From Fibrobacteria bacterium (GTDB taxonomy: Bacteria; Fibrobacterota; Fibrobacteria; UBA11236; JADFYW01), in assembly GCA_050294405.1 (NCBI GenBank), contig JBNKOC010000009.1:1-64000 (forward strand): a stretch of 64,000 nt of DNA. The letters are read 5' to 3'. The notes below the pieces were generated by a model. The model searched no databases. It saw nothing but the letters and a program-made list of their open reading frames with translations, and was not told where the DNA came from. Below, in pieces: positions 58,648 through 64,000 of this stretch. A program made the position numbers and the translations under genes. Position 1 is the stretch's first letter. The number at the start of each line of letters is the position of its first letter.

Positions 58648-61600
58648 TTAGTTGCTAATGCTAAAAACATCGCTGTTTCCAAAAATATTTCCGCTAATTC
58701 GGCTAATAACACGGATAAAATATTCCGTGCCAGCGGTTGTAGAAGCTGGCACTACCCAAATATGCTCTCCGGAATTTACAACATTGGCAGAAATGGTTTC
58801 CACCACCCCTCCTGAATTGTATAAAAATAAATCGACCCTTCCCCCCAGGTCCACTTGGGTGTCCCAGGTAATACTTACCGAATCTCCGGCGGAAAAATCG
58901 GACCCGGCAATGGGGGCGCTTACGTTTAATTGCACATCTCCAGAGCTGATTTCATTTAACTCAATGTTATAGGAACCTCTTCTGGAACTTTCTAATTTCA
59001 GATACAATTCCGTCCCTGAGGCGTTAAACCAGCTGAAGGTAACGTTTGAATCCAAACCACTGGTATTAACCTGGGCCAGGCTGGTAAGGCCTTCATCGGA
59101 GTATAAGTTCAATCGTGGATATATACTACCGGTAACAGTAAAGCTATAAATATTATCCGGGGAAGCACTGATAAAAAACCAGTCTACATCAGAAAGACTC
59201 AGAGAGTGGGATTCTTCAACTCCACTTTGCAGTTCGTGAGCTAAAGAAGCCGAATCATCAATTTCATATGAATCAAGGGGAATTCCACTAATGGCAAAAC
59301 CCTCACTATAGCTCTTAATATTAGTATTAGCGTAATTTTCCATAAGGATTGAGTATTTGTCGGAAGAGGCGAGACCGTCTGGTGGAGTATAACTAAATTC
59401 GCCATTGTTATTGGCCCTGGAACTAATTGTGGCGATGGCTTTTTGATTATACATTAAAGTTAGCCGTACATGGCTTCCAAATAAAAGGGAATCTGTATCC
59501 CATTGAATATCATAAGGAGACCCTGTAGACCATGTTGCTGAACTGGTCGGATTTGTAAACATATTTTCCGCTGGGTCATGTTCCACAATAGCAATATCAT
59601 ACATTCCAAAATAAGAGCTGGAAACCGGCAGGGTTCGCAAAAATAAGTATTCTTCACTTGTGTTGGTATATACCATTTGTATATTTGTTCCCGTTTTATA
59701 ATCTAACTGGGTTGTGCTGGACTCAGGTTGCAAATAGCCCCGAATAGAAAACTCTGAACTAATATTAATGACGTAAGTTTTTTGAGCCTGAACTTGAAAG
59801 TAAAACCAGTCCTCATCTTGGTAGCTTATTGAGGCTCCCTGAGCACTTCCATCAGTTAATAATTCTTTTCCATTTTCCTTTGTATTATTCTGCTCGTATT
59901 TATCTTGGGCTATGCCTGAAATAGAAAATTTTTCACTTAACGCAGAAATGTTTTGGTTGCTGTAATTAACTATTTTTATCTGATAGTTATTTCCAGTGGC
60001 CATTCCGTTTGGAATAGTCCAGGAGTAATTTCCAGAATTATTGCTACTGCTTGCAATGCTTAGTAATTGGAGAGAATCTTGCATCAGGAAGATTCGAACC
60101 AGGCTTCCAAACAAAGTTGAGTCCGGTGTCCATTGAATATCGTATTGGGACCCTGTTGACCAAGTGCTTTCTGTGGTGGGGTTGGCGAAATTAAGCACGT
60201 TTTCGGGATCGTACTCCCGGATAATTAGATTATAATCCCCAAAATACGAGCTGGATAATCCATATATTCTTAATCTTAACTTCTGAGCTTCTTCATTCTG
60301 GTGGAAAATTTGAATGTTTGTTCCTGTTTGATATTCCAATGAGGTAGTGGTGGATTCTGGGTATACATATGCTCTGACATTTACATCACCCACTATGCTT
60401 ATGGCGTAATAAGTATTCTCTTTTGCCGAGAATATAAACCAATCCTGATCATTTGCAGTTAGGGAAAGTTCGTGTTCCTCGCCATCTGAGTTTATTTCTG
60501 CTACTTCTTCAGGGCTGTTGTTTGGCTCAAATTTATCCTTGTTTATGCCTGCAATAGTGAATTCGGAGCTGTACCCAAAAATTTGGGAGTTAGTAGAGTT
60601 TTCCAGTTTAATTTTATAGTCATTTCCTGTTTCCAACCCACCAGGCAGCGACCAGGAAATTTGCCCATTGTTTTCAATAGCAGTGCTAATATCCATTAAT
60701 TCTTCATCATTTTTCATTAAAGTCAATCGAACAGCATTCCCAAATATTGCCGAATCAGCCTTCCACTGGATGTTGTATTCAGTTCCTGCTACCCAGGCTG
60801 AAGCCTCGCTTGGATTTACAAAAGTAACAATGGAATCCGGGTTGTATTCGCGAATAGCTAAACTGTAATTTCCGTAGCTGGAAGAGTTTCTTCCATATAT
60901 CCGAACAAAAAATATTCCGTCTTCCGGAGCTTCCCAAATTGTGGAGTAAATAGAGTAAGAAATGCTTGCAATGGGGTCATCTTCAGATTCATTGTAAATT
61001 TCTTTATTTATTTGGATGTTATTGGAAGTGGAAATTATGTACATATTACCGCTGTCCGCAGAAAACTTAACCCAATCCTCATCATTTAAGGTCAGGGAAT
61101 GGGACTCGGTAATTTTAAAATCTATGGTAGTGGCTGTTTCCTTGGAGCTGTCTGGTTCGTGTTTATCCTTCTCCAAACCATTAATAGTGAACTCTTCAGA
61201 ATAAAATTTTAGTCCTGGGTCCTGAACGCTTGCAATTTCGATTTGATAATTATCTCCGGTTTCAAGGTAAGCGGGTATAGACCAGGATTGGGAGCCATCA
61301 TCAGAACTATTAGTGGTTAGACTTAAAATTTGCTCTTCATTTTTTACCAATTTAATGGAGACTCCGGTGCCGATATTGCCTTCGGTTTCCCAAAGAATTT
61401 CATAGATACTTCCCGACTCCAATTCTTCAGATGCTTCGGGAGCGGTAATGGTTATTGTTCCATCGTATTCAGAAAGAATTGAAAATTTTTCACTTAATCC
61501 AAAAATACCCCCGTCCTGCACACTTGCTATTTCAATATAATAGTCATCTCCAGAACCTAATGTTGTGTTTATCCCTGACCAACTGTGAGAGCCATCGTTT

Positions 61601-62166
61601 GCCGTGGAGCTGATTATGGTTTGGACAAGTGTGGAGTCTTTATAAAGTTTGATGGAGACCTGCGAGCCGGTTTCACCTGCCGTATTCCATTCAATACTCA
61701 AGGGTTCGCCAATCATGGCTTCGTCATCTAAAGTTGGGGATGTTACAGATATAGTTCCGTCATATAAGGATTTGATTTTGAAAAAACCGGAATAATCATA
61801 TTGGGAGCTGTCTTCCGCATTTGTGATTTTTATTTGGTATTTTTCTCCGCTTCCGGATTCGGGATTTACCCGCCATGCATATTTTCCAGAATTGCTTATA
61901 TTGGAGCTGATTACATCGACAAATTGGCTATCCTGATACAATTCGAGTTTTATTCTGTCAATATTATTTTTTTTGGTATACCATGTTATGGTTAAAGAGG
62001 TGTCGTAGCTAACAACTTGCTTGTCATAGGGATAGGTGAATACAAAATTACCGTTATTTGTAACGCTGCTTTTTTTGTCCTTTTTTCCATCCAATAAACA
62101 TTGAATTAAAAAAATGCTTAAACAGGGTATTAGAAAGAATTTGGCAATTGATTTTGAATGGTTCAT
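58648..62166 (-). CDS. Large lipoprotein with alternating Ig-like and PPC-like repeats
   Basis: Lipobox LIQC; 7 repeats of P.....G..Y.I.W...N.G...W......YxI...S..F.I and 4 repeats of D..E.D/N...D.DW..F. Confidence 0.8.
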   Translation of the reverse strand: MNHSKSIAKFFLIPCLSIFLIQCLLDGKKDKKSSVTNNGNFVFTYPYDKQVVSYDTSLTITWYTKKNNIDRIKLELYQDSQFVDVISSNISNSGKYAWRVNPESGSGEKYQIKITNAEDSSQYDYSGFFKIKSLYDGTISVTSPTLDDEAMIGEPLSIEWNTAGETGSQVSIKLYKDSTLVQTIISSTANDGSHSWSGINTTLGSGDDYYIEIASVQDGGIFGLSEKFSILSEYDGTITITAPEASEELESGSIYEILWETEGNIGTGVSIKLVKNEEQILSLTTNSSDDGSQSWSIPAYLETGDNYQIEIASVQDPGLKFYSEEFTINGLEKDKHEPDSSKETATTIDFKITESHSLTLNDEDWVKFSADSGNMYIISTSNNIQINKEIYNESEDDPIASISYSIYSTIWEAPEDGIFFVRIYGRNSSSYGNYSLAIREYNPDSIVTFVNPSEASAWVAGTEYNIQWKADSAIFGNAVRLTLMKNDEELMDISTAIENNGQISWSLPGGLETGNDYKIKLENSTNSQIFGYSSEFTIAGINKDKFEPNNSPEEVAEINSDGEEHELSLTANDQDWFIFSAKENTYYAISIVGDVNVRAYVYPESTTTSLEYQTGTNIQIFHQNEEAQKLRLRIYGLSSSYFGDYNLIIREYDPENVLNFANPTTESTWSTGSQYDIQWTPDSTLFGSLVRIFLMQDSLQLLSIASSSNNSGNYSWTIPNGMATGNNYQIKIVNYSNQNISALSEKFSISGIAQDKYEQNNTKENGKELLTDGSAQGASISYQDEDWFYFQVQAQKTYVINISSEFSIRGYLQPESSTTQLDYKTGTNIQMVYTNTSEEYLFLRTLPVSSSYFGMYDIAIVEHDPAENMFTNPTSSATWSTGSPYDIQWDTDSLLFGSHVRLTLMYNQKAIATISSRANNNGEFSYTPPDGLASSDKYSILMENYANTNIKSYSEGFAISGIPLDSYEIDDSASLAHELQSGVEESHSLSLSDVDWFFISASPDNIYSFTVTGSIYPRLNLYSDEGLTSLAQVNTSGLDSNVTFSWFNASGTELYLKLESSRRGSYNIELNEISSGDVQLNVSAPIAGSDFSAGDSVSITWDTQVDLGGRVDLFLYNSGGVVETISANVVNSGEHIWVVPASTTAGTEYFIRVISRISGNIFGNSDVFSISN

Positions 62167-62326
62167 TGGGTATCCCCCTTTTTGTCCCTTGTGCCTTTAT
62201 TATATAATTTCCCCCAATTTGAATCCGAATTTTAGATGAAAATTTTATTTTTTTAGGGGTTCCGGCTTTGGATTATCCAATAACTGGCAAGTGTGCCATA
62301 TTGATTTTTATCTTATTTTAAGAAAT

Positions 62327-63421
62327 ATGCCAAAAACAGAAGTTTTAATCATTGGGGCAGGGCCCTACGGGATAGCCATTGCCAATGAGCTTTTTGCAAA
62401 TGGGGTTCCATTTCAAATTATTGGAAAGCCGTTTGACCTTTGGCTCAATTATACTCAAAACCATAGTTCTATTCGCTCTGATTGGCTTACCAGTGAAGTT
62501 TATTGTCCCACGGGTCGATATGGATTTTTAAAATTTTTGCAGGAAAAGCGGTTTTCTAATAAAAATGAAATTTTAAAAAAACGCCTTCCCGTAGAATTAT
62601 ATAGGAAGTATTTAAAATATGTTTTAACCCAATTGCCCTATTTGATTGAGGATAGTAAATGTATCCAGCTTCAACAAAATAATGGTTTATTTCAGGCGAA
62701 ACTGGAAAATCAAAAAATAATAGAAGCTCAAGTAGTAATTTTAGCAACGGGAATTGAAAGCCATAAGTATTTGCCGGCCATATTTCAGAAATCAAACGAA
62801 ACTCCTATTGTTCATAGTTGGAATGTGAATGGAGTTTTAAACATTGAGGGCAAAAATATACTGGTTGTGGGAAGAGGCCAATCGGCGGCCGAGGCCATAT
62901 GTCAGCTAAGTAAGAAAAATAAAATTAACTGGCTGTTGAGGAAGGAACCTGAATATTATTCTGAGCCCATTAATCTTCCCGTTCCAGTTTTTAAAAGTTT
63001 AAGATTTTTATCAGGATTGTTTTTTTATTTGCCTCTTAAAATCCGAAAATTACTGGGGAAAAAGTTTGTATCGGTAACCATTACCCCCGATTTGAAAAAA
63101 TATATGGAATCAAACTCCGTAAAAAAGATTTTTTCAGATGTTAATGATTTAAACTCCCTGGACATTTATGATTTAATTATATCAGCAACTGGTTTTACTT
63201 ATTCTCTTGATTCCATTTCTTTTTTAGATAATAAGCTAAAAGGCTGCATTGAAACTCAGGGAGATGTTCCAAAATTAAATAGATGTTTTGAGTCAAGCTG
63301 TAAGGGATTGTTCTTTGCAGGAGGTATAACAGAATTCAGCCATGGACCTGCTATGCGCTTTATGATGGGCGCACCCTTTACTGCAAAAACGATTGCCCGG
63401 GCTGTTGCAAATAAGTTTTAA
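62327..63421 (+). CDS. FAD/NAD(P)-dependent oxidoreductase
   Basis: IIGAGPYG, ILATG, VVGRGQSAAE, ISATGF, GLFFAG; ATG at 62327. Confidence 0.85.
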   Translation: MPKTEVLIIGAGPYGIAIANELFANGVPFQIIGKPFDLWLNYTQNHSSIRSDWLTSEVYCPTGRYGFLKFLQEKRFSNKNEILKKRLPVELYRKYLKYVLTQLPYLIEDSKCIQLQQNNGLFQAKLENQKIIEAQVVILATGIESHKYLPAIFQKSNETPIVHSWNVNGVLNIEGKNILVVGRGQSAAEAICQLSKKNKINWLLRKEPEYYSEPINLPVPVFKSLRFLSGLFFYLPLKIRKLLGKKFVSVTITPDLKKYMESNSVKKIFSDVNDLNSLDIYDLIISATGFTYSLDSISFLDNKLKGCIETQGDVPKLNRCFESSCKGLFFAGGITEFSHGPAMRFMMGAPFTAKTIARAVANKF

Positions 63422-64000
63422 ATGGATACATCCCTTCAAAATATCCTGGGTTATATTCCCCCGATTGATACTCTTAAAATTCCAAATTGCTCTCCAAATA
63501 TATTTTTGGTTCGGGAAGATTTAGGTCCCTTGGGTGGAGGCAATAAAGTTCGACGATTATGCGGCTGGATTGGGAATAAAAATCAGTTTAAAAATCTTAA
63601 GTTGTTATCTGATTCGGGTTCCCATTCTCATTTGGGACTATATCGGATTTTTGAAGCGAAAATTTTTCCCTGGTTGCAATCTATTACTTTATATGAGAGG
63701 CCCACAGAGCTAAACCCTTATGTTTCCCATATAAAAAATCAAATGCAGCCGATACCAAATTTAAAGGTAGAGCCATTGACAAGTATTTTTCAATGGAAGA
63801 AGTATTTATTTGCGAAGGGATTAGATTCTAAAAAAATTCCCATTGGAGCTTCGGTGAAGTGCAATGGAATCTATGAAAATATTTTAACCCAAAAAAATTT
63901 CAGTAATTTGGATGAGGAAAAAACCATACTTTCTATGCCCATCGGTTCTGGAAACAGCTTTTTTGAAATTTTAAATTTAGCTCAAAACCTATTTCGCAAT
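63422..64000 (+). CDS. PLP-dependent ACC deaminase/D-cysteine desulfhydrase-like protein, 3' truncated (not in ORF track)
   Basis: My translation is open to the window end: MDTSLQ...LVREDLGPLGGGNKVRRL...IPIGAS...MPIGSGNS. Confidence 0.65.
   Translation, partial: MDTSLQNILGYIPPIDTLKIPNCSPNIFLVREDLGPLGGGNKVRRLCGWIGNKNQFKNLKLLSDSGSHSHLGLYRIFEAKIFPWLQSITLYERPTELNPYVSHIKNQMQPIPNLKVEPLTSIFQWKKYLFAKGLDSKKIPIGASVKCNGIYENILTQKNFSNLDEEKTILSMPIGSGNSFFEILNLAQNLFRN

Noticed and set aside
1..64000. rRNA, tRNA, integrase, transposase or prophage genes
   Set aside because: None recognised by eye; intergenic gaps are short or otherwise explained. A tRNAscan/Rfam run would be needed to exclude small RNAs.

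Overview
AT-rich bacterial chromosomal window from a flagellated diderm. An FCB-group, Fibrobacterota-like origin is inferred from the PorX-like regulator beside tsaE, the PorV-like barrel, T9SS/FlgD-type C-terminal domains and the pectin lyases; it is not established. Most of the window is housekeeping or envelope genes: mcsB'-clpC, bamA-skp-lpxD-lpxC-fabZ-lpxA, ppdK, pdxB, cysE, an MCE/Mla lipid-transport cluster with a divergent TolC-MlaC pair, serS-kinase-porX-like-tsaE, a secreted-protein/beta-barrel operon, a sigma54-type flgJ-flgN-flgK-flgL-fliC-fliW-csrA locus, PL1 and PL11 lyases, rlmI and a large repeat lipoprotein. The most unusual signal is non-coding: two copies of a transposase-less element with 18-bp terminal inverted repeats (13367-13722, 25337-25806), each between convergent genes. 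Copy 1 holds three tandem units of conserved motif + 20-21 nt variable core + conserved motif. Copy 2 holds one unit plus what looks like a complete integron gene cassette (71-aa ORF + attC-like site) inserted exactly at the motif edge. No integrase or transposase is in the window.
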